Shown here: positions 44,737 to 54,906 of the stretch, piece after piece
Layout: every line of letters begins with the position of its first letter
How positions within the stretch are numbered: position 1 is the stretch's first letter
Virus record (IMG/VR): IMGVR_UViG_3300038441_001119
Span: 124,001 to 188,000 of that record
DNA: 64,000 bases
Reading direction: 5' to 3' (one strand)
Translations under genes and position numbers: made by a program
Notes under the pieces: model-generated
The model's database searches: none
What the model was told of the DNA's origin: nothing
The model's input: only the letters and a program-made list of their open reading frames with translations

Positions 44737-46097
44737 TAGTTAATAATGGTTACTACGTTTATCGGGCGGTTGTTCTCTATGAAATTGAGAATGGATGCGT
44801 AGCTGTCAGGGTACAACGCATCTTGGTTGATTGTAACAACTAGTCCGTTCCATTTAAAGAAGTTTTCCATGAAGAAGTCCAAGCCATTCACATAGATGGA
44901 ATCGCCGGGAGAAAGTGAGTGCTCGTCGATGAGGGTCTGCGACAAGTTATAGTCCGCTTGGTTCTCATAATACCATCTGACTTCGTTCCAAGCATCGACC
45001 TGCTCCTTCGTACCGGACAGGTAGAAGTATAGCTGGTCAGTTTCATTGGCCTGCAGTCGAATAGTGGCGTTTGGTACTTCTACTTCAAGGAAGCCGAACA
45101 TACCTTTCAGGGCTGCTCCGGGCTTCCACTGAACTCCCTGCCACCATCTGTCCCCATGGGTGGACCAAGATCTACATTCAATTGCCTTACCGGGGATGAA
45201 ACCTTTGGGATATGTCTTACCCACTTCCAACCGCTGGTGGAACTGGGGAACAACCATACGACCAAGATCATCGTTATAGAGGGTGAAGTCCTGATACAGG
45301 TCATAACCTGAAATAGGACTGAAGTCTCTGTCGAACACCGTCAGCCCGCCAAGCTCATTGAGAGCAGCTTCAAAGACAGGGAGAGATTGTTTACCACGGA
45401 TGTATCTGGAAGTCCACAAGCCTGTACCCGGAGTGGGGTCTACAGACTGAACGTAGGAACTAGGATTGAGGTTAACAACGTCAGCCCGAAGAATCCTCAT
45501 GTATCCCGAGGGGAACAGTATGTTTGGGTCTTCTTTGAAGAAGAGAAGGTTGCCTGCGTTGTGGAAATCAATACCACTGACAAGAGGTCCATCATCAGAA
45601 AGGATCGCTGAAGGGTTTATCTCAGTAGTAACCAGATCAACGTAGAATACCGGTTCGCGAGGTATAAACTCATACCAAGCAGTGTGTCCAAACCCCTCCG
45701 AAATAGGGAAGAGAAGGAACCTGTTGTCTTCATATAGGATGTTAAGTTGTCCATCCTCGATATAGGTGACTCTGGAGGTCTGTGAGAGAGGATCAACGAT
45801 ATGCTTCGGAAGGATACCCACCCGTGAACCGTTCTCCAAACCATGCGCGTCCCAGTCAACTTCAAGCGAACCGATCTGACCTGCTATATCCAAGGTAAAG
45901 TTCGTCCTTACCCGCATGAAATCCTTGTTACCGTAGATTGCCTGTGGATAGTCAGGAAAATTCCAAGCAGGAGTCATGTCCGTCAGCCTTGCGATGCCAC
46001 GGATTAGATTAAGGTCCTTCTTTTCTCTTAACTGAGACGACCAGAAGGAGCCAGCCTTTGACAGCTGGTCTACCTTTGTTTCGGTAATAGGGTTCAC
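44736..46097 (-). CDS. Baseplate wedge-like protein
   Basis: GSFWS and LVSGIDF motifs; follows the baseplate J-like gene. Confidence 0.55.
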   Translation of the reverse strand: MNPITETKVDQLSKAGSFWSSQLREKKDLNLIRGIARLTDMTPAWNFPDYPQAIYGNKDFMRVRTNFTLDIAGQIGSLEVDWDAHGLENGSRVGILPKHIVDPLSQTSRVTYIEDGQLNILYEDNRFLLFPISEGFGHTAWYEFIPREPVFYVDLVTTEINPSAILSDDGPLVSGIDFHNAGNLLFFKEDPNILFPSGYMRILRADVVNLNPSSYVQSVDPTPGTGLWTSRYIRGKQSLPVFEAALNELGGLTVFDRDFSPISGYDLYQDFTLYNDDLGRMVVPQFHQRLEVGKTYPKGFIPGKAIECRSWSTHGDRWWQGVQWKPGAALKGMFGFLEVEVPNATIRLQANETDQLYFYLSGTKEQVDAWNEVRWYYENQADYNLSQTLIDEHSLSPGDSIYVNGLDFFMENFFKWNGLVVTINQDALYPDSYASILNFIENNRPINVVTIIN

Positions 46098-47797
46098 TGT
46101 TCGCTGAACTTGATGTTAGCAGGGTCGAGGATGAAAGCTGCGTTGCGAGGCCCGTAGGCGTATCTAAGGTTCTCCTCGAAGTCAGGATTGTTGTCCTTGA
46201 ATGGGCTGAGGAAGTAGGTTGACGATGCGATGAACGGAGCATCGACCAGAACACTCAGGTCATCCAGATCATCAGGCTCTCCAATGGAACCTTCAAGAAC
46301 ATAATAGTCTGCAGGCGCCACGCAGGCATTGGCACTAGACTGAATGGAAGTCACGGTAGTCGCGCCAGAGTAGAACATGGAATCGATCACCTTGGAGTCG
46401 CTATAGGACTCTGTAGGAGAGAACCTAGCAAACAATTCACCAATCTCAGTCACAGCCTTGGACTTGTTGAAGATAGTTCCTTTCTTACGGGTGTACCCAA
46501 TCAGGAGCTGGGTGAAAATAAGCGGATCTGGGAGTCTCACATTGATGGAAACACCCATTGGACGGTTATCATCCGACATGATGAAGTCTTTGACGCCTTC
46601 ATACACAGGATCGCTCATGTAGGACACCTCAAAGTACTGATAGCCTTCCCCGTCATCGGTGAAAGCAGGTGGGACGAGCGGATTGTTGGTCAGAGCATCC
46701 CGTGGCATCGGCACCTTGATCCAGTACTCCATATTGTCACTGAACGCGGCAGACAGCATCGGGAACTCCGTGCTGGTGGAGCGGCAGTATGACGAGAAGG
46801 TGAGAGGGGAATCAGGGTTACCTGTGTATTCCACCTGAGTGAACTTCAGAGGAACGTGCGCAGGACTGAACGCAGCCATGTAAACGTCATCAGCTTCGAA
46901 GTAAACCAAACGAACAACCTCTTTGAAGACCGACCCGTACAGCGAAGAGCGGACGTAGATGTCAGCTGTCGGAGGATTGATACCGAAGATGTTCTCAACC
47001 CCGCGCATCATTTCGTAGTCACCTGCGAGAACAGGACTGACATATTCAACATCGGGGAACTCACGACTGACAGCCCGAACAACTCCTGCCCGAGTGTTGA
47101 GGGAGATGGCATGGAAAGCAGTCGTTGCCTTCTTTGCTTTGTTCACCAAACCAACCGAAGAAGGCGGCAGATAAAAGTCAGCAATAGCAGTAACGGACAC
47201 AAGGTTGGGCACATCGTCCGACGTAGCGAACGTAGATCCTTTCGGAACTGCGATGACCGCAGAACCGTAAACAGGGATATCCACAAAGTACCGTGTGATG
47301 GAGGTCTGTCTGAGAATGAAGCTGTTCGTGTTGGGTTCAGCAACGTTGTTAACAGGAAGAATCTTGATCGGACCGGTATTATAGACACGAACAGCGAACT
47401 CTTCGTCACTTGGAGAAATAAACGTCATACCCTTGTCGAGTTCGATGTCTACCTCAGCATCGAACACCAGTCGGAGGTACCCGGATGCTACGTTTGCTTC
47501 GACGTCGTCTGGTACAAAGTTACGGAGGTACTGTGCGACGAACGGGCAGTTGTATATGGTTCCAGCTGCGACGTTCTCCAGAGCAAAGTCCGACAGTACA
47601 TTCTCCAGTCCTTGTTCAATGGAAGCCAGCATAGCTGCACTAGGCTGGACCATGAGGTCGCCGAAGACAGAGCCGGGACGTGTATCCAGTGTTGGATCTT
47701 GTTTGGCAAGCCATGCCGCCACGCGTGCACGCATCGAAACCAGACGGTCAAGTTGCACGTCCGATGGTTCCGGGAAGTAGGTGTCAATAATATCCAT
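46094..47797 (-). CDS. Baseplate wedge subunit (J/gp6-like)
   Basis: PTLDTRPGSVFGDLMV; ASGYLRL; ADIYVR. Confidence 0.75.
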   Translation of the reverse strand: MDIIDTYFPEPSDVQLDRLVSMRARVAAWLAKQDPTLDTRPGSVFGDLMVQPSAAMLASIEQGLENVLSDFALENVAAGTIYNCPFVAQYLRNFVPDDVEANVASGYLRLVFDAEVDIELDKGMTFISPSDEEFAVRVYNTGPIKILPVNNVAEPNTNSFILRQTSITRYFVDIPVYGSAVIAVPKGSTFATSDDVPNLVSVTAIADFYLPPSSVGLVNKAKKATTAFHAISLNTRAGVVRAVSREFPDVEYVSPVLAGDYEMMRGVENIFGINPPTADIYVRSSLYGSVFKEVVRLVYFEADDVYMAAFSPAHVPLKFTQVEYTGNPDSPLTFSSYCRSTSTEFPMLSAAFSDNMEYWIKVPMPRDALTNNPLVPPAFTDDGEGYQYFEVSYMSDPVYEGVKDFIMSDDNRPMGVSINVRLPDPLIFTQLLIGYTRKKGTIFNKSKAVTEIGELFARFSPTESYSDSKVIDSMFYSGATTVTSIQSSANACVAPADYYVLEGSIGEPDDLDDLSVLVDAPFIASSTYFLSPFKDNNPDFEENLRYAYGPRNAAFILDPANIKFSEQ

Positions 47798-48195
47798 TAC
47801 ACTACAATTTCAGTGAGAATCTCGTCGCTATTACCAAAGCCAAGAGTGACACCCATTCTAAGGGAGTCAATACTTACAGGTGTTACCTTAAAAGACACTG
47901 TGTTCAAAGCAGTATCTTCCGTTGATTTCACCCTATTATAATGGGTTTTGATATCCAATGCAGCAAAGTTAGCTTTATGTTGAGCCGCATTAACAGAAAC
48001 AAACCCGGATTGCGCGAAGAACTTGAGCAGGTTAGTACCTCTGATAGCGTCGAACTCATCAGTCCCTTGTTGGGTTCCAATGTTAACCCCAATGTTCTGC
48101 ACAGTACATTTGTCTCCAAGTGTACTTGTATTTGGACTCAGCGTAGGCCCTGTGTCCTTTGAGAAGTCAATTGCTAGTCCACGCCAGTTACTCAT
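47797..48195 (-). CDS. gp25-like baseplate/sheath initiator
   Basis: T..GTD....RGT.L pattern; size and position upstream of J. Confidence 0.55.
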   Translation of the reverse strand: MSNWRGLAIDFSKDTGPTLSPNTSTLGDKCTVQNIGVNIGTQQGTDEFDAIRGTNLLKFFAQSGFVSVNAAQHKANFAALDIKTHYNRVKSTEDTALNTVSFKVTPVSIDSLRMGVTLGFGNSDEILTEIVV

Positions 48196-48542
48196 AGTCC
48201 AACGTCTGCTGCCAGTTTACCGCCTCCGTAGTTCTCTTGGTACAGATTGTCCAAGCCGACCTGTTCAACCCATCCACGACCTCTGTAGGCGTACTGGGCA
48301 TCGCGAAAGAGGGATGCCATGAAGAGCCACTTCTGACGCTTGCGCAAGTCCTTTGGACTGGCTTTGAATGCCTCAGCTGCCGACTCAAGCTCACCTTTGA
48401 TCTCCTCGAAGTCTAGGCTCTCGAACAGCTCGCTGAAAGACAGCACAGAAGTGCCTTTGATGTAGTCATCAATAGCCTTGGCGCCTTCCCCTGTGCGGGT
48501 CTTGGTGTCGAAGTGTTGTCTGAATTTAGCTGCGTTAGGCAC
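48192..48542 (-). CDS. Hypothetical protein
   Basis: 116-aa ORF with GTG start, in the operon. Confidence 0.6.
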   Translation of the reverse strand: MPNAAKFRQHFDTKTRTGEGAKAIDDYIKGTSVLSFSELFESLDFEEIKGELESAAEAFKASPKDLRKRQKWLFMASLFRDAQYAYRGRGWVEQVGLDNLYQENYGGGKLAADVGL

Positions 48543-49311
48543 CGTGAGATTGGTTTAGAAGTGAGTGAACACGCTCAAGCTGCGTACCGAGACGTTTACT
48601 GCGTTTGCTGATAACGTCAGGACGGGTGTTCAGTTTTGCGGCGAGTTCCGATGTGGAAAGGATAGGAGAACCGCCGTAACCGGTACGATGTTCTAGGATC
48701 TTCTTGTTGATGTAGTCCGAGTCGTCGTAGATGTAGGCGACTGCTTCGTGCATGAAATCCACTTCGCTGTTGGAAGTAGCGTCATCTGAAATAGCACCGG
48801 AACCGGGAACCTTGAAGAACTGCTCGCGGACCTTAGCGATACGTTTGACAGGCATCTTCGCTTTGTCAGCCAGTTCGTGTACGTCAGGGTCACGTCCGTA
48901 CTCCTCAACGAAGTCCTTGGTAACTTTGTCCAGATGATATGCGTCGATCTGGATACGCTCCGGAACTTTGATAGGAGAGTTCGAGGTACGGCGGGCACGG
49001 CGAAGCTGCATCAGCTGATTGGTCACCCACGTATGAATCTGGGCACCGTGCGATGGGTCAAACTTCTTAACTGCCTTAGCTGCATAGAGTCGTGCCTGAT
49101 TTCTGAGAAGCGGATTATCGGCTTCACCGATGCCAACCAGAGTCTTGTTAATGACAGGCTCAAGACTTTTAACCACCATGCCAAGATTGTCAGGCGTGGG
49201 GTCATTGCTATATGCATTAAAGTAGTCCAAGGGTCCCATCTTCGGCTTCAATGCCGGGGTAGACGGGGCTTGGACTACTTCTTCTTGATGATCTTCAGCA
49301 GGCAGCTCCAC
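48535..49311 (-). CDS. Phage-encoded sigma70-family factor
   Basis: AVKKFDPSHGAQIHTW (region 2); PIKVPER; GRDPDVHELAD (region 3); C-terminal HTH. Confidence 0.8.
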   Translation of the reverse strand: MELPAEDHQEEVVQAPSTPALKPKMGPLDYFNAYSNDPTPDNLGMVVKSLEPVINKTLVGIGEADNPLLRNQARLYAAKAVKKFDPSHGAQIHTWVTNQLMQLRRARRTSNSPIKVPERIQIDAYHLDKVTKDFVEEYGRDPDVHELADKAKMPVKRIAKVREQFFKVPGSGAISDDATSNSEVDFMHEAVAYIYDDSDYINKKILEHRTGYGGSPILSTSELAAKLNTRPDVISKRSKRLGTQLERVHSLLNQSHGA

Positions 49312-49318
49312 GACTTGT

Positions 49319-49346
49319 ATTGTATCGTTTTACTACCCTATTACAA
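49319..49346 (-). promoter_or_regulatory. Sigma70-like promoter, probably leaderless
   Basis: TTGTAA-N16-TACAAT, 7 nt before GTG 49311. Confidence 0.5.
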
Positions 49347-49523
49347 CTACTTTGATCTGAAGGATGCGTCTCTCTTACGAGCAATATCCAGATACTTTTC
49401 GATGATCGCTCCCTCGTTGCAACTTTTCTTACAAGTACGGGAGTTGGCTGTACGTATGATCTCTATCCTCGCTCTCATTACAAGATCGGGATATTTGGCA
49501 AGCACTGGAGGGAAATGCGGCAT
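49347..49523 (-). CDS. 58-aa protein similar to the C-terminal Cys motif of 49528..50406
   Basis: Hand-translated ...CKKSCNEGAIIEKY versus CTQCELNAIRTKY. Confidence 0.55.
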   Translation of the reverse strand: MPHFPPVLAKYPDLVMRARIEIIRTANSRTCKKSCNEGAIIEKYLDIARKRDASFRSK

Positions 49524-49527
49524 GGGG

Positions 49528-50406
49528 TTAAATGTAGAGAGCCTTAACTTGATCGTAGTATTTAGTACGAATAGCGTTCAGCTCACACTGTGTACATTGT
49601 CGCTTATTCTTACTCTTTGTAGCAGCTAATTCTTCGTTGTACTGTTCTTTTACACGCTTTTCCTCTGGGTTAGTGGGAACGTATGTATCGGAGAAGAAGG
49701 CGAACACTTTCTTCCTATATTTATCACTTTTCAGAAGTCGCATTGGACGGTGGTCGGCAACTTCCCAGATACCTCCATTACGCTCCTTGGTACGAAATCC
49801 CGGAAGATCGGCGTACTTAGGTTCACTGACCAATTCGTAACCATCGTCATCCACAATAGGTTTGAATGGATCCTTGTACTCTCCCACCAAATCAATGTAC
49901 TCACCATGTGGATCTGGTGATTGGTTTTCCGGAGATATCATCCCTACCACATCGTGTATAACCTTCTGATGTGCTCTATTGATACGCTCCAGTTCTTCTT
50001 CTGAAACTTTATATTCATCCTCTACAGTTGCTTCTATAGCGACAGGTGGTGCGGCTTGTTTGTATCTGATCAGCTCCGTGATCCCCAAGGCGGAAAACCA
50101 TATAGGGAAGAGCAAGGAAAAGTTACCTGTAGTAGTACTGAGAGCAACACTGGAGATTGCACCTGTCCAAAAAGACACGCAGAGAGGACATTGGAACAGC
50201 TTGTATAGCATGTACGGAAAGTTATCCGATGCGTAGAAGTCCCAGTCTTCTTTGGTGTATAGTTTGTTTGTCCCTTTCAGCTTCTTGAAAAAGGTTGTCC
50301 AAGTGGCCAGAGCAGGAGTGTTAAACAGTACGTTCTCCATGTAATGAATAAACATCACAGAAGAGAAAGTACAAACAACGTAGGCGAGTAGGTGGTGTAG
50401 TGTCAT
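49528..50406 (-). CDS. Membrane protein with CPLC motif
   Basis: Hydrophobic segments; LFQCPLCVSFW. Confidence 0.7.
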   Translation of the reverse strand: MTLHHLLAYVVCTFSSVMFIHYMENVLFNTPALATWTTFFKKLKGTNKLYTKEDWDFYASDNFPYMLYKLFQCPLCVSFWTGAISSVALSTTTGNFSLLFPIWFSALGITELIRYKQAAPPVAIEATVEDEYKVSEEELERINRAHQKVIHDVVGMISPENQSPDPHGEYIDLVGEYKDPFKPIVDDDGYELVSEPKYADLPGFRTKERNGGIWEVADHRPMRLLKSDKYRKKVFAFFSDTYVPTNPEEKRVKEQYNEELAATKSKNKRQCTQCELNAIRTKYYDQVKALYI

Positions 50407-50411
50407 AATTA

Positions 50412-52181
50412 TTAGTCCTCCGTGGAAACACAGTAAAACTGCGTGCCCCCTCCGCCGCCTTCATATGTGGTGAAAGCGCCATCCTCAAATCCGATTGAAA
50501 CGGTCGAGGTGGAAAGCGTACAGTTATCAGATCCCCAGATATTGATCATCAACTCCGGCGATCTGTAATTTGGAATAGGTTTTTGTACTTCGTAGTACCC
50601 TTCCGGGTAAATTTCACAACGAAGATTGATATCGACTCCGTTGCCTCCTTCACCGGGTTGATCTGGGTTCAAGCCATCAGGAATTGCTTCCAGCGAAAAT
50701 GCAACTGGTTGCGACACGATACCAATGACGCCAGCTCTTACTTCTTCGAATCCGTGGATGTGCGCCGCGCATGTTCCCCCTGCTCCGACATCTGGTGGTG
50801 GAGGTTCTGGTGGATCAGGATCTCCATCTCCCCCATCTCCGATATCACCGCATCGCGTACGGTCCATCGCCATTTCCATAGCGATCTGGTTGGCATCGGC
50901 TTTACTGTCACAACTGATGACTTCGCGTGCAGCAGCTACGCCGGGTTCAGCTACATAGCCGCTCGGGCAAGTGCCGTCAACCTGTCTGTCATTGAAGAAA
51001 CAGCATTTAAGATTCTCTTGGCAAAGCTCGTTGGCTTGTTGCTGCGCGTCTTCCTGAGACTCTCCCGTCACACTTCCTGATGGGATGGTGACACTCCAAG
51101 AATCCGATGCGTCGGGATGCGACCCTGCTACGTCTTGGCAATCGCACACGACCTCAATGTTAGGCCAGATACAAAGTGGCTCCAGATTGATAAGTTCGTC
51201 TAGGAATGCTCTGATGGACTCGTAGTCAGGGAAACACCGAGACAGCGGAGGGATAACAATAGGATTACCCACCGCACCGGGAGGACACTCAATACGGATC
51301 TCGTTCTCGTTGCAGAAGCTACAAGGAGGAGAAAAGCTCTTATAAAGCTCTATAGCGTCAGCGAGTTCTTCCGGGGTACTACGGCAGAGGAATCCTGCCG
51401 GATAAGTCTTACCGCCAGTTACGACGATACCCGTCATGTCAGCTCCCTCTGGAATTACGCAGGGAACAGAAAATGGCTCATTACAGTAAACGCATCGGAT
51501 CTCCCGGTCTGCGTCACGCTGGGCTTTGCGGTCTGCGTCCTCCTGTGAAACGTAGGAAATCGCATAACCTTCTTCCTTGGTTACTGAGTCTCCAAGTGCT
51601 CCTTCAGGACAGGAAACAGTATATGGTGCGCTTTTCCAGTAACAGGTTAGGAGACTAAGCGCATACTGATTGGCAGACTCGTCCAGAATGGCTTGCGTAC
51701 TGGATATTGCTTCTGCTAGCTGTGCTGCTTGGTTCAGAGTAAGCAGAAGGGCACCGGCGATCTCACTGATCGTCATAGTACCGGACGCAAGCAGTGCGCG
51801 AAGATCGTCCGTCAGAACCCGTCCAATGTACATCTCCTGAGATGTAGTCAGGTTATTGATGTTATAAAAGGAGATTTCCGCCGTCTCATAACCTGCTGTC
51901 ACGGTAACGCTGTCTCCATGAGGAGCCGGGTGGTCAGTACCGCAAACCTTTGTAATCTCTGCGCTAAGCAAGCGCAGTGGGTTAATATTGGGGATCTCAG
52001 GTGGGGGAGAAGGATTACCTTCCTCCGGGACATACGTCCGCTTCGGTACAGTACCTTCCTGAGGATCACATGGCGGAGTTGGCTTCTTCTTAAGAGGCAG
52101 CCAACTGAATATAGACGGGGCAGAAACGTTCTCGCAAGAAGGTTGATCCCGCCTGCGATTTCTTTCTTCGTCGCTAGGCAT
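50412..52181 (-). CDS. Cys-rich repeat virion protein
   Basis: Repeats of [FW].N.....C....G.........SQ.DA...A; start MPSDEE is TAATG-coupled. Confidence 0.65.
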   Translation of the reverse strand: MPSDEERNRRRDQPSCENVSAPSIFSWLPLKKKPTPPCDPQEGTVPKRTYVPEEGNPSPPPEIPNINPLRLLSAEITKVCGTDHPAPHGDSVTVTAGYETAEISFYNINNLTTSQEMYIGRVLTDDLRALLASGTMTISEIAGALLLTLNQAAQLAEAISSTQAILDESANQYALSLLTCYWKSAPYTVSCPEGALGDSVTKEEGYAISYVSQEDADRKAQRDADREIRCVYCNEPFSVPCVIPEGADMTGIVVTGGKTYPAGFLCRSTPEELADAIELYKSFSPPCSFCNENEIRIECPPGAVGNPIVIPPLSRCFPDYESIRAFLDELINLEPLCIWPNIEVVCDCQDVAGSHPDASDSWSVTIPSGSVTGESQEDAQQQANELCQENLKCCFFNDRQVDGTCPSGYVAEPGVAAAREVISCDSKADANQIAMEMAMDRTRCGDIGDGGDGDPDPPEPPPPDVGAGGTCAAHIHGFEEVRAGVIGIVSQPVAFSLEAIPDGLNPDQPGEGGNGVDINLRCEIYPEGYYEVQKPIPNYRSPELMINIWGSDNCTLSTSTVSIGFEDGAFTTYEGGGGGTQFYCVSTED

Positions 52182-53704
52182 TATGTTAATCTGACGTGAG
52201 TAAACGAAAGCATGGTACTGCATTCCCCTGCTTGCTTGTCGACTTTAACAGTGTGCACCACTCTGTCAAGGAAACCTTTGAAAGTAGTAGCTTCTGTGTC
52301 CTCACGCTCGATCTTGATCTCGTACTGATACCCAGCCTTCCAAGAAAAGTCCAAAAGGGTCTTGGCGACCATAGAGTACGGCGAGTACTGCGCGTCAGCC
52401 AGTACGTTCTCGGAATATTCCTCAAGGATCTTGTGGAAGTTATCCGTATAGGTTCTGGTGACCTTGCTGACGATCTCGCTTTTCTTGGCTTTGTACTGGC
52501 TGATATCCACCACGTTCTCACTGGTATCCTCTTCTCCCGTGATCACATGAATCAGGCTGCTGAAAGGAATCCATTGGGGAAGAGGAATGTTGACCATGTT
52601 GCCTGCGTCGACTCCATTGGTAACAGCGAAATACGTAGGATAATTGATGAGAGGAAGAATGGTAGCCTCTGCCTTGTTATCAAGATCGCTCACCTCTGGA
52701 GTCACAGGAGCACCGGAGATGACCACACCGGTCGTTACATCCAGTTTCATCTCCGAGCAGGACATACCAACATAGGATGGAGACAGAGTGGCTTGTTCCG
52801 ACTCTGCTTCATCCGATGCCATTTGCTTGAATGGACGCATGAACCCAGCTGTTGACCCATCGTCGTTCCTATTGGAAACAGAAGGAGGAACATAGAACAT
52901 CTGCGAACCATTGGCAAACGTCATAATATTCGAGAAGAAGTCATCTTTCGAACCAGACACGAACTCCCCGATGTAGGCGTTGATACGTCGATTGAAGGCT
53001 GTGGCGATAGCTTGTTCACCCAGAGCACCTGAAAGGGATTCATAGGTGTCTTCAGTGGAGTCATCACACAGAGCTTCAAGTAACGCAAAGTGGTTCTTGT
53101 TCCTAGTGTGCACTGTAGCGATCTGTGACAACGTAGAGCCGTCGATCCACTGGTTGGTACGCTCACTATCAAAATTATCCATCCGTGCCTTCACGACAGC
53201 CTTGAGGCGTTCCATGAAGTTACCAGTGGAAGGAATGTCAGCATTGTCTGCTTGAACCTGCTCTTGATAAGGATCATCGAGGTCCGCATTGGGAACACCC
53301 GGAACGACTGCATAGATGTAAGGCTGAAAGGTATTCAGAGTTGCACAGGGGTGCAGCAACCTAATTGAGTTGGCATAGTAAGAAGTACTGCACTGTATCT
53401 CCGGACCGAGAGGATATCCTTGGAAAACAGCAGTCTGTGCGTCGTCACCTTCCAAATTGATTGTAACAGTGATCTTGTTTCCCTGCTGTCCGCTTACACG
53501 TGTCTGCTGTAGCAGACCATAGGCATCCATGGTCTTCTGATCCATAGGAGGCTTCACTGAAATATCCTCAGCCTCGTGCAAGCTGATAGTTGCCGTGGGA
53601 ATCTGATTAATCTGCTCCGTAATAGTAACCGAGTCAACTGAATTACCCAGTCCGCCCAGACCCTCTACAGTTACCTTCGGAAAAATGACTTTCGTCTTAC
53701 TCAT
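52181..53704 (-). CDS. Baseplate hub (gp27/VgrG-N-like) protein
   Basis: NQIPTATI; VFQGY; C-terminal G.LDRVVHTV...T.LSFTHVR. Confidence 0.6.
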   Translation of the reverse strand: MSKTKVIFPKVTVEGLGGLGNSVDSVTITEQINQIPTATISLHEAEDISVKPPMDQKTMDAYGLLQQTRVSGQQGNKITVTINLEGDDAQTAVFQGYPLGPEIQCSTSYYANSIRLLHPCATLNTFQPYIYAVVPGVPNADLDDPYQEQVQADNADIPSTGNFMERLKAVVKARMDNFDSERTNQWIDGSTLSQIATVHTRNKNHFALLEALCDDSTEDTYESLSGALGEQAIATAFNRRINAYIGEFVSGSKDDFFSNIMTFANGSQMFYVPPSVSNRNDDGSTAGFMRPFKQMASDEAESEQATLSPSYVGMSCSEMKLDVTTGVVISGAPVTPEVSDLDNKAEATILPLINYPTYFAVTNGVDAGNMVNIPLPQWIPFSSLIHVITGEEDTSENVVDISQYKAKKSEIVSKVTRTYTDNFHKILEEYSENVLADAQYSPYSMVAKTLLDFSWKAGYQYEIKIEREDTEATTFKGFLDRVVHTVKVDKQAGECSTMLSFTHVRLT

Positions 53705-54432
53705 TTACGCAGTTTTATATCAGAAAGAACAATAGCACAAGCAACGACTGCCACTTTGTAGAATGGATCAGGGGAAGCATGGAAAGAGTCCAGAAGCCCA
53801 TGGGAGTTGATCAAGGACATCGTGGGAGCATGCGACAGCAGACGGTCCGCTACAGCCTTGTATGGGTATCTAGATGGGTGTATATTCAGCCGTATGATCG
53901 TACCTTCTTCCCACATGGTAGGAATGATACCGAAGTTGCAACCTGCCAGCACATCTTGGAAACCCTTACCGAAGAACATAGCCCTGTCATCGAACCATTG
54001 GATAGGGACGATCTTACTGGTAAACGAGGTTGATATGGCGGCTGCGTTGTCTGCTACATACTGGAAAGTCACCTGAATGCTATCCGGTAGATCCTGCGGT
54101 TTCCAGCAGAGGGAAAGCTTGTCGTTTGTAGTCGTAAAGACCCCGCCTTCCAGTGTTGCGCTGTTCATCTTCACCATGGAAGGGTAGAACCAATCCACAC
54201 CTTGGTCTGGGATCATATTTACTAGCTCAGGGTATGAGTATAGTGCTTGGAGGGGTCCAACAGTGTAAAAATCGCTGTCTTTACTATTTAGTCGAAGAGC
54301 TTCCCGGGTTTTAACCAAGGCGTCATCCCTTGTACGGTACGAGGGAAGGTTTACGCTATTGTTCCATGGCGCAAAGGAAAAGCCTCCACGCTCTGGAGAC
54401 AGATGGTGAACAATGGCGTTATTAATTTTCAT
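53701..54432 (-). CDS. Hypothetical structural protein
   Basis: Coupled ORF in the tail operon. Confidence 0.65.
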   Translation of the reverse strand: MKINNAIVHHLSPERGGFSFAPWNNSVNLPSYRTRDDALVKTREALRLNSKDSDFYTVGPLQALYSYPELVNMIPDQGVDWFYPSMVKMNSATLEGGVFTTTNDKLSLCWKPQDLPDSIQVTFQYVADNAAAISTSFTSKIVPIQWFDDRAMFFGKGFQDVLAGCNFGIIPTMWEEGTIIRLNIHPSRYPYKAVADRLLSHAPTMSLINSHGLLDSFHASPDPFYKVAVVACAIVLSDIKLRK

Positions 54433-54905
54433 TAGGCAGCAGTAGAGTCAGCAATGATAGCACCGAATGCAAAGTCGTGCATATTAAGTTCAGCGTCAGC
54501 TTGGGAAATGACGATGGACTTAAGGTAAATACTGTAAGAAACATTACCGGGAATTGAGAACTTCACAGGTGCGGTCGACTCTCCTCGTGCTACAGCCTTC
54601 TTATTGAAGTAACTAACGACAGGTCCTAGTCCCGAAGTACTCTCTCCTGCTGGACCAAGGAACACTGACCCTGAAATCTGGATGGAACCAAAGTCCTCGC
54701 CGAATACGTAGAGCACCTTCTTCTTGTCCAAAGTAGATACAGGAAGAACAATATCTTCATCGTTAAGTGAAATGTTACGCAGTATGATGGGATGCTCTTT
54801 ATCAGAGAAATCGAAACCCTCCAGCTCAAATCCTGCGTTGTTTCCTCCGCCTTTGGAGTGCTTGACCACACACCCACGCGGGCTATTGTAAAAGTCCGTT
54901 GCCAT
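54432..54905 (-). CDS. Tail tube-fold baseplate/tube initiator-like protein
   Basis: LYVFGEDFGSIQISG resembles tube YWGFGNAEGTLNIG; follows the tape measure. Confidence 0.55.
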   Translation of the reverse strand: MATDFYNSPRGCVVKHSKGGGNNAGFELEGFDFSDKEHPIILRNISLNDEDIVLPVSTLDKKKVLYVFGEDFGSIQISGSVFLGPAGESTSGLGPVVSYFNKKAVARGESTAPVKFSIPGNVSYSIYLKSIVISQADAELNMHDFAFGAIIADSTAA

Positions 54906-54906
54906 A

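Noticed and set aside
27780-47941. Long antisense ORFs (27780..28829, 39924..40712, 46856..47941 and similar)
   Set aside because: They are shadows of well-supported genes on the opposite strand and have no motifs
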